Below, piece after piece: positions 1-9,037 of a DNA stretch of 64,000 nucleotides (its first letter is position 1; each line of letters starts with the position of its first letter). The stretch lies in NCBI GenBank assembly GCA_031972855.1, contig DALYDY010000001.1:128048-192047 (forward strand), read 5' to 3'. The notes under the pieces were generated by a model. That model did not search any database. It was not told the DNA's origin and saw only the letters and a program-made list of their open reading frames with translations. Both the position numbers and the translations under genes were made by a program. This DNA is from Minisyncoccota bacterium. GTDB lineage: Bacteria; Patescibacteriota; Minisyncoccia; Phycocordibacterales; UBA9973.

Positions 1-2315
1 TTTGATGTTATGGTTACGTTTACATTAATAACTGAATCTTTCTCTATATTATAATCTCCAAGAGGGCTGCTAACTGTAAACTCAGGTTTATTGTTTGGAG
101 TGTGTATATTATCGTAATAGTCTGGTTTTGTTGGTGTTATTGTATTGTACCTATTTTTATTATTTGCCCACCAGTTTTGAACAGCTGTTTCCCAGTTATT
201 ATATTGTGAATCATTGTATGGGTTTGCTGGTATTTCACCTGTAGGATCATTTTTGTTAACCCAGTGTAATATTGTGTGAATATTTGGGATAATTTTTTCT
301 TCTCTAGTTTCATTTGGAGTAAATTCAGTAGCAAGTCCTCCTGATATTTTATCAATAAAGAAACTTTCTCCTCCTTGCCAATTTCCACGCAGTATTGATT
401 TTGTTTCTATAGGTATTTCTGCAGGGGGAGTAAATTTTTCATTATCTCTTTTAGACAGGGCAAATCTCATAAATTCATTCCATGTTGGTCCAGCAAGAGC
501 GGCTCCACCTTTTTTCATTGAAGTATTATCATTATTACCAGCCCAAACTCCAGTTACAATATTTGGAGTATATCCAATAAGCCAAGCATCTCTATTATTG
601 TTTGTTGTACCTGTTTTAGCGGCTACATCGTATCCTGGAATATATAGAGCAGAATTAGCTCCAAACGTTGGTATACGGGCAGTATTATCGCTTAAAACAC
701 TATTTAAAAGTCTTACAGATTGAGTGTTTAATACTTGAGAACTATTTTCTTTAAAATCTTCTAATATTTCACCATTTTTACTCTTAATTTGAAGAATAGC
801 CCTTGTTTCATTTTTTAAACCTTCATTTGCAAAAACTCCATAAGCACTTGTTATGTCTAGTAGAGAAACTTCTCCACCTCCAAGAACAAGAGATAGTCCG
901 TACTGACTTTTGTCTCCAGTCATATTAACACCAAGACTTCTTGCTTTGCGAAGTGCTTCATCAACTCCAACTAAATACAACATCTTTACAGCTGGGACGT
1001 TTATTGATTCTTGAAGAGCGCTTCTTAGTGTGATTGGTCCGCGACTTTTATCATCGAAGTTGCTAGGCATATAACACTCTTCTTTTTTGTGTCCTGACTC
1101 AGGTTTTCCATATGGTGTACATGATGTTGAAAATTCTGTTGGAACATCAAAAACTGTTGTGTTTGGTGTATAACCTTTTTCAAAAGCAGTTTCATATATA
1201 AAAGGTTTAAATGATGATCCAGGTTGACGTCTGGCTGTTGCTATATTGAAAGCACCATCAATATCAGTATCAAAATAATTTCTTGAACCAACCATTACAA
1301 GTATTTGTCCTGTTTTAGGATCAATAGAAACAAGTCCTTGATTGCTTGCGTTGTAAGCTTTTTCACTTTCTTTTGCATTTCTAAAAACGATATCTTCAGC
1401 TTGTTTTTGGAGTGTATAATCTAGAGTTGTTATAACATTCAGTCCTCCTGTTTGTATTACATCTGGACCATATTTTTGTTCCAAATATTCTTGAACAAAA
1501 AATACAAAGTGAGGAGCTTTTATTCCTGTTGATTGTTCTGGTTTAAAAACAACAACTTCGTTTTTTGCTTCATCACGTTCTTTTTCTGTAATTATCCCAA
1601 GTTCAAACATTCTGTTTAAAACTAAATTTTTTCTTTCGTCTAATTTAGCTTTGTTTTTTCTATATGGAGAATACAAAGTAGGGGCGTTTGGAATGGCTGC
1701 CATATATGCTGATTCAGCTAGAGTTAAGTCTATCGGGTCTTTACCAAAAAACATACGAGCACCTTCTTTTACACCATAAACAGTCCCTCCATAAGGATTA
1801 TTGTTTATATATAATTCAAGAATCTGTTCTTTATCAAAAACAGTTTCTATTTTATAAGCCAAAACAACCTCTTTTATTTTACGAGTTATACTCTTGTCTT
1901 GAGTAAGTAGAGAATTCTTTATAACTTGTTGGGTTATTGTGGATCCTCCTTGTTTTGATTTTCCGCTTGTTATATTGACCAAGATAGCTCTCATTATTGA
2001 AATAGGTCTTACTCCATTGTGAGTATAAAAACTAGAGTCTTCAATAGCTGTGGTTGCTTGAGGTAACCATTTTCCCATTTCGGAAAATGGTATTTCTGTT
2101 CTCTTTGTGTTTGTATGGAAATCATACAAAACAACCTCTCCTGTACGGTCGTATATTTTTGTTGAATTTTCTATTAATCTGGCCTCAAAACTCTTAAAAT
2201 CTGGTATTTGAGCTGTTGCTACATATATCATTATTCCTGCAACACCTATAAAAGATATGCCTAAAAATAGGAAAAGAGTATTCTTTAAAATCATTATAAC
2301 TTTACGTTTTTTCAT
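1..2315 (-). CDS. Class A penicillin-binding protein (PBP1A-type transglycosylase/transpeptidase); start codon at 2313-2315, C-terminus runs off the window start (partial)
   Basis: Reverse-strand translation from the ATG at 2315 gives MKKRKVIMILKNTLFLF... with an N-terminal TM helix, a glycosyltransferase-like N-domain, and the transpeptidase motifs SSFKP (SxxK), SIN (SxN) and KTGT. No stop before position 1; absent from the ORF track because it is unterminated. Confidence 0.8.
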   Translation of the reverse strand, partial: MKKRKVIMILKNTLFLFLGISFIGVAGIMIYVATAQIPDFKSFEARLIENSTKIYDRTGEVVLYDFHTNTKRTEIPFSEMGKWLPQATTAIEDSSFYTHNGVRPISIMRAILVNITSGKSKQGGSTITQQVIKNSLLTQDKSITRKIKEVVLAYKIETVFDKEQILELYINNNPYGGTVYGVKEGARMFFGKDPIDLTLAESAYMAAIPNAPTLYSPYRKNKAKLDERKNLVLNRMFELGIITEKERDEAKNEVVVFKPEQSTGIKAPHFVFFVQEYLEQKYGPDVIQTGGLNVITTLDYTLQKQAEDIVFRNAKESEKAYNASNQGLVSIDPKTGQILVMVGSRNYFDTDIDGAFNIATARRQPGSSFKPFIYETAFEKGYTPNTTVFDVPTEFSTSCTPYGKPESGHKKEECYMPSNFDDKSRGPITLRSALQESINVPAVKMLYLVGVDEALRKARSLGVNMTGDKSQYGLSLVLGGGEVSLLDITSAYGVFANEGLKNETRAILQIKSKNGEILEDFKENSSQVLNTQSVRLLNSVLSDNTARIPTFGANSALYIPGYDVAAKTGTTNNNRDAWLIGYTPNIVTGVWAGNNDNTSMKKGGAALAGPTWNEFMRFALSKRDNEKFTPPAEIPIETKSILRGNWQGGESFFIDKISGGLATEFTPNETREEKIIPNIHTILHWVNKNDPTGEIPANPYNDSQYNNWETAVQNWWANNKNRYNTITPTKPDYYDNIHTPNNKPEFTVSSPLGDYNIEKDSVINVNVTITS

Positions 2316-2367
2316 ATAAAAAGTATAACACAAAGACAAAAAAGAGAATTTTTGGTAAAGTGTAGAT

Positions 2368-3570
2368 ATGGAAGCAAATAAAAAAGAACAAATAGAAATA
2401 GTTTTAAATCGCGGGGTTTCTGCTATCTATCCATCTAAAAAAGATGTTTTAGAAATGCTTTCTCAAAATAAAAAACTTACAATTTATGCAGGTTTTGATC
2501 CAACAGGACCAACCCTTCACTTAGGTCATGCTATCTCTCTTTTAAAGCTAAAAGATTTACAAGATATAGGACATAAAATAATTTTTCTTATTGGTGATTT
2601 TACTGCAATGATAGGGGATCCAACAGATAAATCTGCGACAAGACAAAAACTTACAAAAAAAGAAATAATTCATAATCTTAAAGAATACAAAAAACAAGCT
2701 TCAAAAATTATTAATTTTTCTGGGAAAAATAGTGCCGAAATAAAGTTTAATTCAAAATGGCTTGGAAAAATGAATTTTAATGATGTTTTAGAACTTACAT
2801 CACTGATGACTGTAGGACAAATGATAGAGCGTGATATGTTTCAAAAAAGAATGGAAGAAGGTAAGCCAATATTTCTTCATGAATTCTTGTATCCACTTAT
2901 GCAAGGATATGATTCTGTTGCAATGAAAGTTGATGGAGAGGTAGGAGGAAATGATCAAATATTTAATATGTTGGTTGGACGTGATTTGGTAAAATCAATT
3001 CTTGGTAAAGAAAAGTTTGTAATAGCAAATGCATTACTTACAGATGGTTCTGGAAAGAAGATGGGAAAAACAGAAGGTAATATGCTAGCACTCTCTGACA
3101 CACATGAAAATATGTTTGGAAAAGTTATGAGTTGGTCTGACGATATGATAATTAAAGGATTTGAGTTGTGTACAAGAATTCCATTTTCTGAAATCGAGTC
3201 CATTAAGAAAGGTTTAGAAAAAAATACTCTACACCCTAAACATGCAAAAGTTCAACTTGCTTTAACTATAGTTACTATGTTTTATGGTGAGAAAAAAGCT
3301 ATACAAGCTCATGATTTATGGGAAGAAACATTTAGTAAGGGAGGTATTCCAGAAAATGTTGAAGAGATTATTTGTAAAGAAGGTGATAAATTGATAGATA
3401 TTTTTTCAGAAAATAATATTGTTTCATCGAAGACAGAATTTAGAAGACTTACAGAAACTGGATCTATAACACATATGGAAAGTGGCGATAAAATAAATAA
3501 TGAGTCAAAATCTTTAGAGGGAACATACAAAATAGGTAAGAAAAAATTTGTAAAAATAAAAAATAAGTAA
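2368..3570 (+). CDS. tyrS: Tyrosine--tRNA ligase
   Basis: Class I aaRS HIGH-type motif (GFDPTGPTLHLGH), KMSKS-like KMGKTEGN, C-terminal S4-like region; 400 aa. Confidence 0.8.
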   Translation: MEANKKEQIEIVLNRGVSAIYPSKKDVLEMLSQNKKLTIYAGFDPTGPTLHLGHAISLLKLKDLQDIGHKIIFLIGDFTAMIGDPTDKSATRQKLTKKEIIHNLKEYKKQASKIINFSGKNSAEIKFNSKWLGKMNFNDVLELTSLMTVGQMIERDMFQKRMEEGKPIFLHEFLYPLMQGYDSVAMKVDGEVGGNDQIFNMLVGRDLVKSILGKEKFVIANALLTDGSGKKMGKTEGNMLALSDTHENMFGKVMSWSDDMIIKGFELCTRIPFSEIESIKKGLEKNTLHPKHAKVQLALTIVTMFYGEKKAIQAHDLWEETFSKGGIPENVEEIICKEGDKLIDIFSENNIVSSKTEFRRLTETGSITHMESGDKINNESKSLEGTYKIGKKKFVKIKNK

Positions 3571-3573
3571 AAA

Positions 3574-3594
3574 TAAAACCCCTTAAGGGGTTTT
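3574..3594. terminator. Bidirectional rho-independent terminator between convergent tyrS and 3599..3838
   Basis: aaaacccc-ttaa-ggggtttt hairpin flanked by A/T runs. Confidence 0.7.
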
Positions 3595-3598
3595 ATTT

Positions 3599-3838
3599 TT
3601 ATAGTTCTTCTTCCTTTTCTTCTTCATCATCTGTAATGTGAAGTCCAAGTCCAGCCAAATCTTCGCCATCCTCTGTTTCGAGGGTTTCATCAATAACAGC
3701 TTTTACTTCTTCGTCTTCATCATTCTTTGCGAATAAGTCGCTTTTATCTCCGTCAGAATTTGTGTTCCAAAGAACATCTTCTTCTACACTTTCAAATATG
3801 TTTGTTTCAAATGGGTCTTCGTCGTAATTGTCGTACAT
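3599..3838 (-). CDS. Small highly acidic hypothetical protein (79 aa, D/E-rich)
   Basis: ORF with extreme acidic composition (DEDEEVKAVIDETLETEDGEDL...); lies between a terminator and ruvC. No recognisable domain. Confidence 0.35.
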   Translation of the reverse strand: MYDNYDEDPFETNIFESVEEDVLWNTNSDGDKSDLFAKNDEDEEVKAVIDETLETEDGEDLAGLGLHITDDEEEKEEEL

Positions 3839-3926
3839 TTTATTTTTTAAAAATTACTTTTGTTAATGTTTTAATTTTGTACCAAATATTAGAAATCAAT
3901 GCAAGAGCTTTTTTATGTATAAGACA

Positions 3927-4403
3927 CTAAAATCTCTCTATGGCAATACATGTTAGTCCTATAGCTATGGCGTCGAGTTCATCATCAGAGTTTTTTCCTT
4001 CTGGAACAGTGATTAATTTTGTCACCATATCCATAACTTGAGCTTTGTCTGCTTTGCCGTATCCTGTAATTGCGAGTTTTATAGTATTTGGATTATATTC
4101 AAAAATATTTAGATTGTTTGTTGAGGCGTTGGCAAGTAATATTCCTCGAACCTCAGATACAAGCAATGCTGTTTTTACATTGTTTGAAAAAAGAAGTGTT
4201 TCGGTAGCAAAAATTTCTGGTTTATATGTATGTATCATTTCCAAAAATTTATTTTGAACAAGAGAGAGACGTTCGTGGTGGGGGATTTTGGCAGATGTTT
4301 TAAAACACTCACTGTGGATAAGTATTTCTTTTTGCCCTTTTTCTTTTTGTATAACTGCAACCCCAAGTCTTTCAAACCCAGGGTCAATAGAAAGGATAAT
4401 CAT
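3927..4403 (-). CDS. ruvC: Crossover junction endodeoxyribonuclease RuvC
   Basis: MIILSIDPGFERLGVAV... RNase H-like fold with the RuvC N-terminal Asp motif; size 158 aa; adjacent to ruvB. Confidence 0.85.
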   Translation of the reverse strand: MIILSIDPGFERLGVAVIQKEKGQKEILIHSECFKTSAKIPHHERLSLVQNKFLEMIHTYKPEIFATETLLFSNNVKTALLVSEVRGILLANASTNNLNIFEYNPNTIKLAITGYGKADKAQVMDMVTKLITVPEGKNSDDELDAIAIGLTCIAIERF

Positions 4404-4451
4404 ATAAATAGTGTACTAGCAACAGTCAATTTTAATAAATCGCTCTTAACG

Positions 4452-5435
4452 CTACTTTTCAACAAAATCAAAACCAAGATGCTCATACGCCTTTTTTGTT
4501 ACAACACGCCCTCGAGGAGTACGTTCGAGAAGTCCTTCTTGGATGAAGTATGGCTCGATAACTTCTTCTATGGTCGCTTCTTCTTCTCCTGTTGCAGCAG
4601 CAATTGTATTTAGTCCAACAGGGCCACCATTAAATTTTTCTATTATTGTCTGAAGTATGTTTCTGTCTGTAGGGGTTAGACCGAGCTCGTCTATTCCAAG
4701 TAGTGCAAGGGCTTCTTTGACTGTCTTTTGGTCTAACTCTTTTTTGTGTACTTGAGCGTAGTCACGAATACGCTTAAGGAAATAGTTTGCTGTACGAGGT
4801 GTTTTGCGAGCACGAGCACCTATTTCCACTCTTCCTTCAGAAGTAAGTTCTATCCCTAAGACTTTTCCAGATTGTTCAATAATCTTTTCTAATTCTTCTG
4901 GTGTGTAGTATTCAAGACGGAATGTTCCTCCAGAGAATCTTGAACGAAGCGGTGCAGATAAAAGTGCGATGCGAGTTGTTGCGGCAATAAGAGTGAAAGG
5001 TGGAAGGTCAAGTTGTATTGTACGAGCAGAAGGACCTTTGCCAATTACAATATCAAGAACACCAGATTCCATGGCAGGGTAGAGAACCTCTTCTATCATT
5101 TTGTTGAGACGATGTATTTCATCAATAAATAAAATATCTCCAGGTGCTAGGTTTGTAAGTATAGAAGCAAGGTCTCCAACTTTTTCAATTGCAGGTCCTG
5201 ATGTGTTTTTTATGTTTCTTCCTGTCTCACTTGCAATAAGATGTGCGAGTGTTGTCTTGCCAAGACCTGGTGGTCCATAAAATAGTAAGTGTTCTGCTGG
5301 ATGATTGCGTTCATCTGCAGCTTGAAGTAGTATTTTTACATTTTCTTTTATATGAGATTGTCCAATATACCCATCCCACGTCTTTGGTCGGAGAGCTTGA
5401 TCTAAATATTTTTCATTGTCGGGATTTTGTGACAT
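4452..5435 (-). CDS. ruvB: Holliday junction branch migration ATPase RuvB
   Basis: AAA+ Walker A GPPGLGKTTLAHLIA, Walker B/sensor motifs, RuvB winged-helix C-terminus; 327 aa. Confidence 0.9.
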   Translation of the reverse strand: MSQNPDNEKYLDQALRPKTWDGYIGQSHIKENVKILLQAADERNHPAEHLLFYGPPGLGKTTLAHLIASETGRNIKNTSGPAIEKVGDLASILTNLAPGDILFIDEIHRLNKMIEEVLYPAMESGVLDIVIGKGPSARTIQLDLPPFTLIAATTRIALLSAPLRSRFSGGTFRLEYYTPEELEKIIEQSGKVLGIELTSEGRVEIGARARKTPRTANYFLKRIRDYAQVHKKELDQKTVKEALALLGIDELGLTPTDRNILQTIIEKFNGGPVGLNTIAAATGEEEATIEEVIEPYFIQEGLLERTPRGRVVTKKAYEHLGFDFVEK

Positions 5436-5815
5436 AAAATTGGTTTTTGTTGTATAAAATGTATTCTGTATTTAACACAATAAATGAAACTAGTTATTTT
5501 TGGAAGCCTTACGAAGTACGACTGGTGCGAGTAGAGCAAATTTTCACCAGAAAATTATGCGTGCTTCCAAAAATAATCTAGCTGAATGACACTTGACAAA
5601 TAATCTCACTATGATATACTTACCTTAGTTAAGTTAATTATAGCAGAAGAAATTGTAAATCTCTAAGCAATCAACCTTACGGTCTAGAGGGCTTCGCGGA
5701 GGACGTTTTGGTTTGGGTTCGTCCCACTACTGGGGCTATCCTTTAAGATTCTCTTACTTGTTTTTAATACTAATTGCAAGGATTGTTTGGAGATTTATCA
5801 TTTTTTCTTAATTTA

Positions 5816-5850
5816 AAATAAAAACACCACAACTATGTGGTGTTTTTATT
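5816..5850. terminator. Bidirectional rho-independent terminator (downstream of pilB, and of a possible + strand RNA)
   Basis: aaaaacaccacaactatgtggtgttttt perfect hairpin with flanking A/T runs. Confidence 0.7.
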
Positions 5851-5863
5851 TTATTTGTATATT

Positions 5864-7558
5864 TTAATCTTCATCAAAGTCCACAACACTTGTAGCTTCG
5901 TCTAGAGAGGTAATACCTTTTAATATTTTTACAACAGAGTCTTCTTTCATATCTAGAAGATGTTGTTTTTCGGCAACCTTTTTAATTTCACGTTCACTTG
6001 GATTTTCATTTACTATCTTTTCGATTGCTTCGTCTGTCAGAATAGCTTCAAAGATACCAATACGTCCTTTGTATCCAGTGAAGTTACATTTTTCACAACC
6101 TACAGCGTCACAAACTTTGTAAGAATCTTGAACTTCTACTCCATAACTTTTCATATCCTTTCCTTCTTCTACTGCTTCGCTTATTATTTTTTTGAATAAT
6201 TCTGTTTCTTTTTCATTTGCAATACGTTCTGCTTTACAATTTGTACATAGAATTCTTACAAGACGTTGAGCGACAGATATAGTAAGAGCTGAAGTTAGAA
6301 TTTTTGGATTAATACCAAGATCAATAAGACGGGGAATAACACCTTGAGCATTGTTGGTGTGAATTGTTGAAAATACCAAGTGCCCAGTAAGCGCCGCGTC
6401 GATAGCAATCGACGCAGTTTCGCCGTCACGGATTTCTCCCACCATCACAACGTCTGGGTCTTGTCTCATGGCTGCACGCAATCCTGCTGCAAAGTTGTAA
6501 CCTTTATCACTTTCTGTTTGTGTTTGGGTAATACCTGCTAGGTGATATTCAATAGGGTCTTCGATAGTAATGATTTTTATTTCTGGATTGTAGATACGAC
6601 GAAGAAATGAATAGAGTGTTGTTGTTTTTCCAGACCCTGTTGGACCTGTGATGAGCATTAGACCGTTTGGTTTTTTGATTTCGTGATCAAGAATTTCAAA
6701 AAGTTTTGGCTCTATACCTAGAGATTCAAATTTTACTTTTGTAATTTTTGGATTAAGAATACGCATTACAATTCCTTCACCATAAGCAGAAGGGATTACT
6801 GAAGTACGAATTCCTATTTCTTCACCTTTTATTTTTATACTAAAACGGCCATCTTGAGCTTGTCCTGTCTGAGTTAGTTTGAGGCCCGAAAGAAGTTTTA
6901 TTCTTGAATTTATAAAATGGTATCTATCACTTCCAATATCTGTTACATCTTGTAGAACTCCATCAAGACGATAACGAAGTCTTGTTGCGTGCTCTTCTGG
7001 TTCAATGTGTATGTCAGAAGCCTCAATTGCAAGTGCGCCTGCAAGAATAATTTCAAGCATTCGAGAAGTTTTTTGACCGCTTTCCATTGCTTGATCTAAA
7101 GTCTTCTTTATATCATTTGATGATTTTATATTTTCTCCCAAAACAAGAAGTGTGTTTTCCGTAATATCAATACTTCCTTCAGATGAAGCTTCAGCAAGAG
7201 ATAGTTCTTTGTATCGAGACCAAACTTTGTTGAGACTTGTGTGAGACGCAAGATAGAAGTGGGGGATGTATCCTTCTTTTTCAAAAAGTTTAGAAACCTC
7301 CACTCGAGCGTCTTCTTGAGGTGAGATAATTGCGATGTGTAAATGTTTTCCAAGTATTTTGAAAGGGCCAATACCAAATTTGTGTGCATCTTCTTCACTA
7401 ATACTGCGAAGTGCCTCGTTTTCAATAGCCACTCCAGCAAGATTTATTGAAGGCATGTTGTATGTGTCTTCCGCAAGTGTTTTGATTAGATTTTCTTCCT
7501 CATCCTCTCTTAGTTCTCTTATTTTTTTTATATCAGAGTCGTCAAATTGAATAGTCAT
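5864..7558 (-). CDS. pilB: Type IV pilus / type II secretion assembly ATPase (GspE/PilB family)
   Basis: Walker A GPTGSGKTTTLYS, Asp/His boxes, C-terminal tetracysteine CxxC...CxxC; 564 aa. Confidence 0.85.
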   Translation of the reverse strand: MTIQFDDSDIKKIRELREDEEENLIKTLAEDTYNMPSINLAGVAIENEALRSISEEDAHKFGIGPFKILGKHLHIAIISPQEDARVEVSKLFEKEGYIPHFYLASHTSLNKVWSRYKELSLAEASSEGSIDITENTLLVLGENIKSSNDIKKTLDQAMESGQKTSRMLEIILAGALAIEASDIHIEPEEHATRLRYRLDGVLQDVTDIGSDRYHFINSRIKLLSGLKLTQTGQAQDGRFSIKIKGEEIGIRTSVIPSAYGEGIVMRILNPKITKVKFESLGIEPKLFEILDHEIKKPNGLMLITGPTGSGKTTTLYSFLRRIYNPEIKIITIEDPIEYHLAGITQTQTESDKGYNFAAGLRAAMRQDPDVVMVGEIRDGETASIAIDAALTGHLVFSTIHTNNAQGVIPRLIDLGINPKILTSALTISVAQRLVRILCTNCKAERIANEKETELFKKIISEAVEEGKDMKSYGVEVQDSYKVCDAVGCEKCNFTGYKGRIGIFEAILTDEAIEKIVNENPSEREIKKVAEKQHLLDMKEDSVVKILKGITSLDEATSVVDFDED

Positions 7559-7618
7559 TATGTATTGATTTTACCGTTTTTATCTTTGTAATACAAAGGA
7601 AAAATAGAAAATATACTA

Positions 7619-8926
7619 TTGACAAATATAAAGTATTATGATATCATTAGTAAAAATAACGACAAAGTGAAAAAATATACAAAGCTCATTGAAAAAGTCC
7701 TATTACTCTTGCTTCTAATGGGAGCGACAAGTATAGGCATAAAAGCACAAGAAAAACCAAAAATTTCACCGTCCGCATTACAAATACGAGATGGAACCAA
7801 TGGAAGTGAAAGCGAATATACGTTAGAGGATTGGATTGATATCTATTCTTCTGATGATAATGTTGCAGGTAAAAATGGTGAAGGTTATCTATGTTACGTA
7901 ACTAAAGGAGGTATCAAATTATGGGAGCCCCCAAGTTCGTTCAGGTCTCATTTTTGGAGAAGATTAAACTCTGTTGCTCAGTGTAAAAACTGGACAATTG
8001 AAGGTAAGGCTTTTATTCCAGAAACTAAGATGAACAATCTTTCATGGAGAGAAATCATTACATATTACTGTGTGATTGATTATAATCCTTGGGAAGAAGA
8101 TGATGTAAAAGTCTTCGGTTGGTCACATGATAAGAATCAAAAAAATTCGAAGATTGTGCCATCTTTTAGAAAGTCTCACAAAGATGAAGGTAAGCTGTGT
8201 TTTAATACAGCAGCCTTTGATAAAGTGAGTGCGCCACAGGAATTAATTCCGTTGCGGAGTACGCGATGTACAAATCCTTTGGATAAAAAATTGGAATGTT
8301 ATGAGCGAAAAACTTCTAATATTCAAAAGAATTATCCTTCTGTTACATTTATACCTACATCGACATCATGTGGTTGTCCTCAACCCCAGATTGTTTATAT
8401 TAGGTCAGAGCAACGGCATGATAATTATCAGCCACCTCAAACTTATGTAAACAATACCTCTTCCTCTGTTAATGTTGGAGTTAGTCTAGCTTACACCGCT
8501 TTGGGTGCAGCTCAACAAATGATGGGTAACAATTATCAACCTCAGTATTATCCTCAACCTCAACCTCAATATTATCCACAACAACCAACACTTCAGCCAA
8601 GCTGGGGTAATCCAAATCCAACTCTTGGAACTGGATATGTAGATAATGGTGGACCTGTTTTAGGTAATGGAGGAATCCCTCAAACAGGAGGGCCAACTTT
8701 TGGAAATGGTGGAATTCCTATAAACGGAAATCCAACTTATGGAAACTCGGGGTTCTCAAACGGAAATCCAACCTATGGAAATTCTGGTTTTAGTAATGGT
8801 AATCCAAATTATGGAGGTGGAGGAATATCTACAGGAGGCTCTGTTTTAGGTAATGGTGGCGTTTCGACTGGTGGTCCATCTTTTGGAAACGGAGGAAATC
8901 CAAGTCTTGGTAATGGAAGACCGTGA
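7619..8926 (+). CDS. Hypothetical membrane-anchored/secreted protein with a Q/P/Y-rich segment and C-terminal G/N/P-rich tandem repeats
   Basis: N-terminal TM helix (LLLLLLMGATSIGI); QPQYYPQPQPQYYPQQPTLQP; ~10 degenerate repeats of the GNGGxPxxGGPxFGNGG type at the C-terminus (DNA tandem repeats around 8630-8920). Confidence 0.5.
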   Translation: MTNIKYYDIISKNNDKVKKYTKLIEKVLLLLLLMGATSIGIKAQEKPKISPSALQIRDGTNGSESEYTLEDWIDIYSSDDNVAGKNGEGYLCYVTKGGIKLWEPPSSFRSHFWRRLNSVAQCKNWTIEGKAFIPETKMNNLSWREIITYYCVIDYNPWEEDDVKVFGWSHDKNQKNSKIVPSFRKSHKDEGKLCFNTAAFDKVSAPQELIPLRSTRCTNPLDKKLECYERKTSNIQKNYPSVTFIPTSTSCGCPQPQIVYIRSEQRHDNYQPPQTYVNNTSSSVNVGVSLAYTALGAAQQMMGNNYQPQYYPQPQPQYYPQQPTLQPSWGNPNPTLGTGYVDNGGPVLGNGGIPQTGGPTFGNGGIPINGNPTYGNSGFSNGNPTYGNSGFSNGNPNYGGGGISTGGSVLGNGGVSTGGPSFGNGGNPSLGNGRP

Positions 8927-9037
8927 TAATGTGCTTTTAAAATTGAGGAAATTTTGTCTAAGACAAAATTTCCTCTCTATTTTCAAGTATTTACAATTGT
9001 GTGAATATTTAAAAATGGAGTATTCCAGATAATAATT

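Noticed and set aside
5440-5860. tmRNA, RNase P RNA or SRP RNA in the ruvB-pilB gap
   Set aside because: The sequence lacks the tmRNA 5' GGGG...TTCGAC / 3' T-arm-CCA ends, the RNase P P4 strands, and the SRP domain IV GGAAGCAGCC context. It is kept only as an unclassified candidate sRNA.
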